DNA of 64,000 nucleotides from Candidatus Babelota bacterium. Lineage in GTDB: Bacteria; Babelota; Babeliae; Babelales; GCA-2401785. The DNA is taken from positions 5,454-69,453 of the forward strand of contig VHBT01000004.1 in assembly GCA_016871815.1 (NCBI GenBank), read 5' to 3'. Under the pieces are notes generated by a model. The model did no database searches and was not told the DNA's origin. It worked only from the letters and a program-made list of their open reading frames with translations. Positions 50,625 through 58,891 of the stretch are shown one piece after another (the stretch's first letter is position 1; each line of letters starts with the position of its first letter). A program made the position numbers and the translations under genes.

Positions 50625-50750
50625 CAACGATCCTTTTACAGCTTGGTAAAACCAATACACACGAATTTATCGCAAGAATGTTACGTAAGCAAATGGATGG
50701 CGATCTTTCATGTTATGAAATAGCTACCCAAAAAAAGCGAGGAACACCGG

Positions 50751-51251
50751 ATGAAAGTACTGTATTTATTCATTCTAAGTATCTTTATTACTCCTAATTT
50801 AGAAGCATCAAATCAATCATCACATAAATCAAACGCAGATTCTCTTTGTTCAGAAAATTTTCACGAACAAACGTTTCTTTCGCTGCTTGAAGAATACCAA
50901 GACTACACAAAACACAAGCCCAAATCTCCCTCAGAAGACCCAGTAATCAGCGATTTTATGAAACGGCTGTCAGCTCAAACAAACCACATCGAAACAGAAA
51001 TAATAAACACAAAGCTCGGACTTGCTGATCGCAACCAAAAAAGCCTGGCTCGGCTCAAACATTACAATTCAGCCGCAAAAACAGCTCTCAAAGAACTTCA
51101 AAAAAGACAGGGTCAGGTTCAGTTTTTAAAAGAAAGCAATTCGATCTTGGAGCAAGAAATAAGCTTGGCTCAGAATCAAAAACCAGCTCTGACCGCATTC
51201 AGCAGCTTTCGAGAAAGCTTGCTACATTCGCCGCTACTTACGCTTTGCTAA
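50751..51251 (+). CDS. Hypothetical secreted protein
   Basis: 166-aa ORF with signal MKVLYLFILSIFITPNLEA. Confidence 0.45.
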   Translation: MKVLYLFILSIFITPNLEASNQSSHKSNADSLCSENFHEQTFLSLLEEYQDYTKHKPKSPSEDPVISDFMKRLSAQTNHIETEIINTKLGLADRNQKSLARLKHYNSAAKTALKELQKRQGQVQFLKESNSILEQEISLAQNQKPALTAFSSFRESLLHSPLLTLC

Positions 51252-51262
51252 AAGCACTGCAA

Positions 51263-51607
51263 TTATCTTAAAAATCCATTTTCATGGATATTTCTTCCTG
51301 AGATAAAGTGCCAATGTAAATGCATCACTGATTGGCCTGCAGCTACACCATTATTCGCAATAATATTAAATGCCTGGTCCCCTGGAAGTTGAGCCGCCAA
51401 ATATTGAACCGTCTTTACCATAATCGCTGCCATGCGAGCATCAAACCCAGGGTCCTTCATGTCCTTAACAACTGTTTTGGGAATAATCAAATAATGAATA
51501 GGAGCCACCGGATTAATATCCTTGATGACAATAACATCAGAATCTTCATGCACAATTTGAGCAGGAATTTCACGATCAATTATTTTTGAAAAAAGAGTTT
51601 TTTGCAT
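51263..51607 (-). CDS. Histidine triad nucleotide-binding protein (HinT-like)
   Basis: MQKTLFSKIIDREIPAQIVHEDSDVIVIKDINPVAPIHYLIIPK and the triad HLHWHFISG. The track's longer ORF to 51775 runs across a tRNA gene and was trimmed. Confidence 0.85.
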   Translation of the reverse strand: MQKTLFSKIIDREIPAQIVHEDSDVIVIKDINPVAPIHYLIIPKTVVKDMKDPGFDARMAAIMVKTVQYLAAQLPGDQAFNIIANNGVAAGQSVMHLHWHFISGRNIHENGFLR

Positions 51608-51647
51608 ATCAACCTCAGAAAAAAGAAAGAGGAGAATAAAAAAGAAT

Positions 51648-51734
51648 TGGTGCCGAAGATCGGAGTCGAACCGATACGATATCACTATCGCGGGATTTTG
51701 AGTCCCGTGCGTCTGCCTGTTCCGCCACTTCGGC
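51648..51734 (-). tRNA. tRNA-Leu (anticodon CAA)
   Basis: On the minus strand: acceptor GCCGAAG/CTTCGGC, anticodon arm CGGGA-CTCAAAA-TCCCG, long variable arm, T-loop GGTTCGACTCC, encoded CCA. Confidence 0.9.
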
Positions 51735-51907
51735 CAGCACATTTCAAAGAGTACCACACCAGAATCACGCGTCAAGGGAATAATGCGCTACTATAAACAT
51801 CTTTTCAGAAAAAACAGCTATTTATGCATAAAATAACACGCTTTTTTCAGCATCTTTGCTATGCTCTGCGGCAAGCACTTAAAATTCAAATAAAAAACGA
51901 GATTGCC

Positions 51908-52036
51908 ATGAACACAAAAAAATCTTTACTGTTTTTTTTTCTCTTTTTATCAATTTCAACGATTAATTCAATTGATTTACATAAAAACATCGCCTCAGGG
52001 CTTCGTTTTCATACCACAATTTGCTCTCGTACATGA
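51908..52036 (+). CDS. Small signal-peptide ORF (42 codons), possibly the detached 5' part of the next ORF
   Basis: MNTKKSLLFFFLFLSISTINS... Its stop overlaps the downstream ATG as ATGA. Confidence 0.3.
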   Translation: MNTKKSLLFFFLFLSISTINSIDLHKNIASGLRFHTTICSRT

Positions 52037-52551
52037 ATTACTATCTGCATGAAGACGAACAACTAGACCCCGAGCTCATCAGACCACTCAAAGACGACCT
52101 TGCCCTTGAGCATATATTTACACATCTTAATTTTTTTCTCGAAAAAGCATCCAGCGATCATGGCGAAAAAATTGCTCTGATTTTTTTAAAAGAAATCCTA
52201 ACAACACAAATTGCTTTTTCATCTGGATTAACACTGGCAAATGATATTGAAGTAGCAGAAGCGATCCGCCGAGAAATAAGCTCTATGAAAGAAGAACTTG
52301 ATATCATATCAGGATGTTTAGCCGCCGCACACGCCCCGCTACCATCGCATTCATTATTTATTTCCCCTCAAAGCACTTCACCGTCTTCCTGGGGCGATAG
52401 CTATAGTCCAGAAGAAGAATCTTTAATGAGTCTTGTGTATAGTGGGCATGAGGATTCTGATGACCAAGACGAAAGCCAGACAAGCTATTCAAGCCGATCT
52501 GATTCTTCATCCGGATCAGAAACAATCTCCCCTGAATCAACTCGTCGATGA
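52033..52551 (+). CDS. Hypothetical protein with Ser/Asp-rich acidic C-terminus
   Basis: ORF in a different frame from 51908-52036. No signal peptide of its own. Confidence 0.45.
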   Translation: MNYYLHEDEQLDPELIRPLKDDLALEHIFTHLNFFLEKASSDHGEKIALIFLKEILTTQIAFSSGLTLANDIEVAEAIRREISSMKEELDIISGCLAAAHAPLPSHSLFISPQSTSPSSWGDSYSPEEESLMSLVYSGHEDSDDQDESQTSYSSRSDSSSGSETISPESTRR

Positions 52552-52618
52552 AAAAACTTGCAAAAAAACTATTTTAGATTTCTTCTAAAAGATATTGTTT
52601 ACTCTAAACCTCAAAATT

Positions 52619-53074
52619 ATGATTTACGTTCAATCTCGACTCAAAAAATACACGATCGACAAAGAAAAATACCGCTCATTTGTACAAAAAATACTCAATG
52701 AGCTTGATTACCCAGATTTTGATATCAGCATCATTTTTACAACGAATAAAGCTATTCATAACTTAAATAAACAATTTCGCAATAAAGACAAGCCAACCGA
52801 CGTGCTCTCGTTTCCGCATCACCCAACCCTCAAGGCTGGAAAGCGAATTAAAGTTATCTATGACGACGACAAAGCACTCGGCGATATCATTTTATCGGTA
52901 GAGTATATCGATAACGCAGGCCCCGTATTTGGAAAAACACTTGAGGAAAATATCGAATATTTAATAGCACACGGAATTGCACATCTTTTGGGTCACGATC
53001 ACATCAAAGACAATGAATACAAGGTAATGCGCAGGCTCGAAGAACGAATTTTACGCACAGCAAGAAATAATTGA
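52619..53074 (+). CDS. ybeY: Endoribonuclease YbeY
   Basis: Zinc motif HGIAHLLGHDH, and PTDVLSFP. Confidence 0.9.
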   Translation: MIYVQSRLKKYTIDKEKYRSFVQKILNELDYPDFDISIIFTTNKAIHNLNKQFRNKDKPTDVLSFPHHPTLKAGKRIKVIYDDDKALGDIILSVEYIDNAGPVFGKTLEENIEYLIAHGIAHLLGHDHIKDNEYKVMRRLEERILRTARNN

Positions 53075-53144
53075 TGCAAAAGCCCGATTGACAGACAGCC
53101 CACTTACAGGTACGATTTGATTTGGTTACCCCTTTGGGGAAAAA

Positions 53145-53221
53145 GCGCCCATAGCTCAATTGGATAGAGTACCAGACTACGAATCTGGCGGTTAGAGGTT
53201 CGACCCCTCTTGGGCGCACCA
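53145..53221 (+). tRNA. tRNA-Arg (anticodon ACG)
   Basis: Acceptor GCGCCCA/TGGGCGC, anticodon arm CCAGA-CTACGAA-TCTGG, encoded CCA. Confidence 0.9.
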
Positions 53222-53280
53222 TGTTTGCTTAAATGCTCACAAAAAATGATCATTGATATAATTAAAATATAAAAAAGCCT

Positions 53281-53372
53281 GGAGAGATGGCTGAGAGGTC
53301 TAAAGCGCTTGCCTGCTAAGTAAGTATTTGGGGAAACCTGAATCGAGGGTTCGAATCCCTCTCTCTCCGCCA
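53281..53372 (+). tRNA. tRNA-Ser (anticodon GCT)
   Basis: Acceptor GGAGAGA/TCTCTCC, anticodon loop CTGCTAA, long variable arm, T-loop GGTTCGAATCC, encoded CCA. Confidence 0.9.
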
Positions 53373-53409
53373 CAATGCACCAATAACTTTTTTTATATTT
53401 TATCCCGCT

Positions 53410-53499
53410 GGAGAGATGGCTGAGCGGTTGAAAGCACCGGTCTTGAAAACCGGCATACCTTAACGGGTATCGTGAGTTCGAATCTCACTCTCTCCACCA
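53410..53499 (+). tRNA. tRNA-Ser (anticodon TGA)
   Basis: Acceptor GGAGAGA/TCTCTCC, anticodon arm CCGGT-CTTGAAA-ACCGG, long variable arm, encoded CCA. Confidence 0.9.
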
Positions 53500-53691
53500 T
53501 AAAATCATTTACCTAAAAACTATTAATTCCTATGGTTTTCTTCACCTTTATTTTCAATCCGAAACCACTAAAAAACTTATTTTTCAAAAAATGGCTCTTT
53601 TTTAGTCCGTAAAAAAGATAAGTCTCAAGCGCATCTCTTTTGTTAGAATTTAACAACAATGAACACTTTTTATATTAAAAAACGGAACACT

Positions 53692-55305
53692 ATGTCAAAA
53701 AAGACTTTTCTTGTTATTTTTTACCTATGTTTTGCAATTCAAGCAGCCAACAGCGCTGATGAAGTAACTTCTACCACAAAAACGATTGAACACCTCATTC
53801 CGTCAACCGAAGTAAAGCTTTTTTACGTCCCCTGCGCAACACAACTGCCGACAGGCAATTTCCATGAAATTGATCTAAAACTCGTTAACAAAACAACCTT
53901 GCAAGAATTAGGCTCTAAAAGTGAAATCCAGCAAGCAATAAAAGAGCGTAAAAATTTTATTTTTAGACTTAAACATCCTATTTCGGGTAAATCTGTTGTT
54001 TTGCAAGTAACATTCAATGCCCAAAACCCAACTCGCTCATTTGGAGTTCAACTCCCGCCATACACTGACGTTCGCATCTACGGAACCGAAAAGCACTGCT
54101 CGCGAGAAATTGAGCAGTTTGCTCTTTCTCTTTTTGTTGAACCAAAAACCTCTTCAAGGAACGCTCTTTTTTCCCTCTTGGGACTTGTGGCGACGGGCAT
54201 AATTGGACTTGCTGCAAAAGAACCTCTTCTTAATTGGTGGGATCTGCGCAAACCCGTTGCGCGCTCAAAATACAAGGAAAAAAAAGCCGCCCTTGCCGAA
54301 AAAATAAGCGCGCTTGAAGCGCAAGTCGCTAGACTTGAAGACGAAAAAGAAGCCCTTGAGTCCACAATGGACGAAAAAATTGAAAGCGTGGTTACAAAAA
54401 GAGCAGCAGAAATGACCGCTCAAAAAACAAGTAACCTTGAAGCGGATAAACAAAATGCTTATTCCGCTCGCCAACTAGCAGAGGAAAGACTTATCGCAGC
54501 ACAACGTGAACTTTTGGACCTACAAAGAGAATTAGAAGTTCTTGATCGCGATCACAAAAAACTTCAAGCAACTCATACCGCTCAGCAACAAGAAGTCTTA
54601 GCACTTCGTCGTAGACAACCAGTATCGAGCACCACAGAAACCATCACAGACGAATCACTTCCTATTCTCGGGGGCGAAGAAGAGTCAAAAACAACTGAAG
54701 ATATACCAGTCGAACCAGGCTCAACGCTTACAAGCGCGTATATCGCAACTCTTGCAAAAGAAAAGCTGCTCGCAGCTGGCTGCAAAAAAAAGCTTGTCAC
54801 GCTGTCCAACCTTGCCACGCAACCAATCGACCTTACTGCCGGACTTACAAAATGGCTAACGTCCGATGAGATTTTAATTCTTACTTACTCAGAGATACAA
54901 AAGGACAATAATGCGGTTTATATCTTCCTCCTAAAAAATAGCGAATCTCGATTCAAAAGATTTCTCTTACTCAACGACTGGATAATCCCAACAATAGATA
55001 TTGCATCACAAGAAATTGTTAAACGGCAAGCCTTTTTGGTACATGACTCATGGAACAAAATTGTGCCAATGCTAGAAGAGGATACAGAAAAAAAACCAAC
55101 AGTTGCAGCCTGGTCAATGACCCAGACAAGTGAAGACCAAGAGTTCAATCCTTTGCTCTGGCGAACAGGCTCCCGAGAAGGATTCATCGATGGCCGACAA
55201 GTATCAAAAATCCTAGTCGATCTTGAGCAACTTCCTCAGACAATTTCGCCCGAGCTGCAAACAATGAATAAGTTTTTCGAGCTCGGATTGGAAGCACAAT
55301 CATGA
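53692..55305 (+). CDS. Hypothetical secreted / single-TM coiled-coil protein, family D1
   Basis: Signal MSKKTFLVIFYLCFAIQAANS (the ATG at 53659 is an alternative). Mid-protein TM ALFSLLGLVATGIIGLAA, a ~110-aa coiled coil, and C-terminal ...MNKFFELG. Confidence 0.55.
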   Translation: MSKKTFLVIFYLCFAIQAANSADEVTSTTKTIEHLIPSTEVKLFYVPCATQLPTGNFHEIDLKLVNKTTLQELGSKSEIQQAIKERKNFIFRLKHPISGKSVVLQVTFNAQNPTRSFGVQLPPYTDVRIYGTEKHCSREIEQFALSLFVEPKTSSRNALFSLLGLVATGIIGLAAKEPLLNWWDLRKPVARSKYKEKKAALAEKISALEAQVARLEDEKEALESTMDEKIESVVTKRAAEMTAQKTSNLEADKQNAYSARQLAEERLIAAQRELLDLQRELEVLDRDHKKLQATHTAQQQEVLALRRRQPVSSTTETITDESLPILGGEEESKTTEDIPVEPGSTLTSAYIATLAKEKLLAAGCKKKLVTLSNLATQPIDLTAGLTKWLTSDEILILTYSEIQKDNNAVYIFLLKNSESRFKRFLLLNDWIIPTIDIASQEIVKRQAFLVHDSWNKIVPMLEEDTEKKPTVAAWSMTQTSEDQEFNPLLWRTGSREGFIDGRQVSKILVDLEQLPQTISPELQTMNKFFELGLEAQS

Positions 55306-56591
55306 AAATAAATAAATGGTGTATTCTTTTTGTGAGTCTTTGCTCTTTTGCAAATCCAAATGTGGTAGAACCTCTAAGCGATGAAACCGAACAAGAAATT
55401 TCAACTCTCAATAAATCGTTTCCCACGCAGCTAGAAGATCTAGAAGATGCGAAAGAAACTCCCATCCTAAGCAACCCATCAAAGCTTGAAATTATTATAA
55501 CGCACAAAAAGACGTCCGATTTCCCACGATCAGTTAGAACGATTTTATTCTCAAAGGCACCCAAAGATGGAAAAATCAGGGTTACTTCATCAAGCTCTGG
55601 ACTTGCAGATCGACTACATGATCAAATTAAAAATCGCAGATCCGGAACAATTTTTTTTAAAAATGTAAAAAATCAAACCGATAATTTTTGTGTAGAATTT
55701 ATTTTCTCAAAAACACACACATCGTGTCTTTCGATCATTATTTATTACAACAACCAACTACTTCCTACCCAAATTGTCGAGTTTGTAAAAACATTCACCA
55801 CGGCCCAACCACCGATAAGCAAAAAAACAATGTTTCTGGTTCCTGCCTTGCTTGCGTCTGGACTTTTTTTGTTCACCAATAACCAATACAAACGAATGGC
55901 TCGCGCCAAGACCTTTTTGCTCTACCGCAAGTGCAGAGCTCAATTCGCAAAAAGGTTTATCCCTATGCCTGGATCAACTCCAGCGCAAATAATAAAGCAA
56001 TTTTTTGAAGAAAAAGGATCAAAAAAACAACTTTTTACCACGCAAGATCTTTGGGGGACGACCGATCTTGCGGGCGTTGAAGATTTTTTTACCAGTGGAA
56101 AGCGATGGGTAGGCGAAAAAGAAGAACCTGCAGCACCAAGAAGAAATCGTTACAACTACAGATATCCCCAAGCCCCAACTCGAATGGCAACAGCAGATGA
56201 ACAAGGAATTTTAATCGTCACAATCACAGAACTGCTAACGCATCCTAAACTGCTACAATTTCTAACGGATAATTGCGAGATTAGCCACAATGAAACCAGA
56301 AGCCGTGAAAGCCTTGCTACCGGAACTGGATATGGAACAAATTATAGCAGAAACCCAACCCAATCTATCAAAACGGGAAACAGAATTTTAATCATCAACG
56401 ATAACACAACAGCCTGCGATCCAAGATTCAAAGACAAGAGTGGCATAAAGCTTGGGACCGCTGACTCGCTTTATGGAAAAATTGATTCACGACTCTGGGG
56501 TGAAATCGAAACGGATTTATGCTCTGACCTATATTCTGATAACCTAAAACAAATAAATAAATTTTTTGATCTTGGCGCAACGCTTATTTAA
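55302..56591 (+). CDS. Hypothetical secreted / single-TM protein, family D2
   Basis: Its start overlaps the upstream stop (ATGA). Signal MKINKWCILFVSLCSFA, TM MFLVPALLASGLFLF, C-terminal ...INKFFDLG. Confidence 0.55.
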   Translation: MKINKWCILFVSLCSFANPNVVEPLSDETEQEISTLNKSFPTQLEDLEDAKETPILSNPSKLEIIITHKKTSDFPRSVRTILFSKAPKDGKIRVTSSSSGLADRLHDQIKNRRSGTIFFKNVKNQTDNFCVEFIFSKTHTSCLSIIIYYNNQLLPTQIVEFVKTFTTAQPPISKKTMFLVPALLASGLFLFTNNQYKRMARAKTFLLYRKCRAQFAKRFIPMPGSTPAQIIKQFFEEKGSKKQLFTTQDLWGTTDLAGVEDFFTSGKRWVGEKEEPAAPRRNRYNYRYPQAPTRMATADEQGILIVTITELLTHPKLLQFLTDNCEISHNETRSRESLATGTGYGTNYSRNPTQSIKTGNRILIINDNTTACDPRFKDKSGIKLGTADSLYGKIDSRLWGEIETDLCSDLYSDNLKQINKFFDLGATLI

Positions 56592-56881
56592 AAGCTTTAA
56601 ATTTTGAGTTAAATTAACTTGCGAAATAAGTGATTTAACTCAAAAACAACCCTCCCTAAAATAATTCATCGCGCTTTACACCAAGCAGATATGCTTATAA
56701 TCGAAATACAGCAACCTTAAAAAGGCCCTCATTTATCCAAAGCTTTTTTACACGATGTTATTACTTTTTAAAAAATAATAACGCTCGGGCAAAATGATTT
56801 AACGATAGGAACTTGTTTGATTTTCAAGATCTGTTTAGACTATGCCTTAAATTTGCAGAGTAGAATTAATCAAGGTTTTCG

Positions 56882-57874
56882 ATGATTACATTTGCCTATC
56901 CGTGGGTATTGGCGATCGGCTTTTTATCATTAATTGCATGGTTATTTTTTGCACACCTTCGCAAATTTGCCATCGTATATCGCTACTCTCAGCCCTCAAC
57001 TCTGGCCCCTCACACTCAGCAACTTCCTGCAGCAACAAAATTGCTTATTGTTCGCTCGTTATTTTTTGCAACACTTGTACTACTTGCAGCTCGTCCACAA
57101 AAAATAGATGAAAAATCTCGAGTAAAAGTAGATGGTATCGACATCATTCTTGCGTTAGACGTTTCCCGATCGATGATCGCTATCGATGACCCTCGCGACC
57201 CGCGCTCACGAATTGAAATAGCAAAAAAAGAAGCCTGCTCTTTTATCAATCGTCGAGAAAACGACGCCATTGGCTTAGTCATCTTTGCTGCTGACGCATT
57301 GTCTCTCTGCCCACTCACCCTAGACAAAAAGTTACTTACCGAACTTACCAGTGAACTTCTTATTGGCCGAGTAATTGATGACACAAACACTTTTATTGGA
57401 TCGGGCCTTGCAACAGCGATCAACAGACTCAGAAATTCAAAAGCTAAAAGTAAAGTTATCGTCCTTATCACCGATGGAGCATCTGCTCCTACCGACCCAT
57501 TTGATCTTAACCAAGCGATTGAAATTGCAAATATTTTTAAAATAAAAGTACATACAATCGGTATTGGAAGCTCATCTGAGGCATATACTAAATTGCCAGA
57601 TGGCAGAATTGTTCGCGCTGCCGGAGACTTTCAGCCCGACATGAGAACCCTCAAAAAAATTGCCGATAAGACTGGTGGTTCATGCTTTGAAGCAAAAAAA
57701 ACCAGCGAACTTGAAACCATTTATAAAAAAATTGATGAACTTGAAAAAACTAATTACGAAACAACCCTGTACGCACGCAAAGATGAATTGTTTTTGTGGT
57801 TTGCCATTCCCGCTCTCTTGCTTTTTGTTATTGAATTTGTTCTCAAAATTTTATTGTGGAGGATGCCAATTTGA
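56882..57874 (+). CDS. batA: VWA-domain membrane protein, BatA-like
   Basis: N-terminal TM pair, VWA MIDAS DIILALDVSRSM, VIVLITDGAS, and a C-terminal TM. Confidence 0.8.
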   Translation: MITFAYPWVLAIGFLSLIAWLFFAHLRKFAIVYRYSQPSTLAPHTQQLPAATKLLIVRSLFFATLVLLAARPQKIDEKSRVKVDGIDIILALDVSRSMIAIDDPRDPRSRIEIAKKEACSFINRRENDAIGLVIFAADALSLCPLTLDKKLLTELTSELLIGRVIDDTNTFIGSGLATAINRLRNSKAKSKVIVLITDGASAPTDPFDLNQAIEIANIFKIKVHTIGIGSSSEAYTKLPDGRIVRAAGDFQPDMRTLKKIADKTGGSCFEAKKTSELETIYKKIDELEKTNYETTLYARKDELFLWFAIPALLLFVIEFVLKILLWRMPI

Positions 57875-58881
57875 TGTTCAGCGCTAACACGATTACTTTT
57901 GGAGCACCAACCTATTTACCGTTTATTTTGATTACTGGATTTTGCATACTTCTTTTTTATTTTTTACAGTTCAAGCGATGTAGTAAATGGATCGAATCGG
58001 TCTCAAAAAAAGACACCCGAAATTTTCTTTTTACCGGACTTTCATCTTTTCATCGCACCGCACGGTTTGCAACAATTACCTGCTTTCTTCTTTTGTTTTT
58101 AATCAGCTTTATTCGCCCTCAGTGGGGAAAATCCGAAAATATTGTTCAGAGAGAGGGAAGAGACGTTGTTGTAGCCCTTGATATTTCTCGCAGCATGCAA
58201 GGAAGCGATGTTCTGCCAACCAGACTAGAAGCCGCCAAATTAAAACTGAAAGTCCTACTCTCTCGATTGCACTGCGAACGAATGGGGCTTGTACTCTTCT
58301 CGGGATCTGCATTCACCCAGTCGCCTCTGACAATCGATTATGATGCATTTATGTCATACCTTGATCAAGTAGATTCGGAAATGATCGCATCTGGAACAAC
58401 CGCGATCGACAAAGCGCTCTTAAAAAGCGCAAAGCTCTTTGAATCAGACGAAAACAGTGGAACTAAAATTATTTTACTTATCACCGATGGCGAAGATTTT
58501 TCATCACACCTTTCTGAGGCGAGTGAAATAATAAAATCAAAAAACATTCAAATCATAGCTCTTGGAGTTGGGACCGAAGAAGGAGCGCCAATTCCTAAAA
58601 AAGATCGTACTGGAGCAATTATCGGATACGAAAAAACAGCCACAGGAGATCTTGCGCTTTCAAAGCTCAACATAAAACGGTTACAGGAAATAACGCAAAA
58701 AATATCTGGACACTGTGTTGCCTCAACTCTTGATGATCAAGACATTGACTCGGTTGTAGAATATATTCAAAAGCTCGAGAAAAAACGGTTTGATGATAAA
58801 AAAGTATCACTACACGAAGAACGATATCCGTTTTTTATCTCAGCTGCTGCGTTTTTTTACGCACTCCACTCATTAATTTAA
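57874..58881 (+). CDS. batB: VWA-domain membrane protein, BatB-like
   Basis: The ATG overlaps the batA stop (TGATG) and follows GGAGGA. MIDAS DVVVALDISRSM, IILLITDGEDF. Confidence 0.8.
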   Translation: MFSANTITFGAPTYLPFILITGFCILLFYFLQFKRCSKWIESVSKKDTRNFLFTGLSSFHRTARFATITCFLLLFLISFIRPQWGKSENIVQREGRDVVVALDISRSMQGSDVLPTRLEAAKLKLKVLLSRLHCERMGLVLFSGSAFTQSPLTIDYDAFMSYLDQVDSEMIASGTTAIDKALLKSAKLFESDENSGTKIILLITDGEDFSSHLSEASEIIKSKNIQIIALGVGTEEGAPIPKKDRTGAIIGYEKTATGDLALSKLNIKRLQEITQKISGHCVASTLDDQDIDSVVEYIQKLEKKRFDDKKVSLHEERYPFFISAAAFFYALHSLI

Positions 58882-58891
58882 CAGGGATGAT

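Noticed and set aside
51608-51775. 56-codon N-terminal extension of the HinT ORF
   Set aside because: It runs across the tRNA-Leu(CAA) gene. HIT homology begins at the ATG at 51607.
51932-51940. T9 homopolymer as a slip-strand switch fusing the signal peptide to the downstream ORF
   Set aside because: Stops at 51964-51966 and 51973-51975 lie in the target frame, so a 1-nt change in the tract cannot join the ORFs.
53004-53373. Minus-strand ORFs of 72 and 89 aa
   Set aside because: They overlap tRNA-Arg and tRNA-Ser(GCT) in antisense, and tRNA GC-rich arms commonly create such ORFs.
56603-56644. 12-bp inverted repeat TTTGAGTTAAAT / ATTTAACTCAAA after 55302-56591
   Set aside because: It is AT-only with an 18-nt loop and no trailing T-run, so support is too weak to call a terminator or regulatory site. 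It is mentioned only in the context of operon boundaries.
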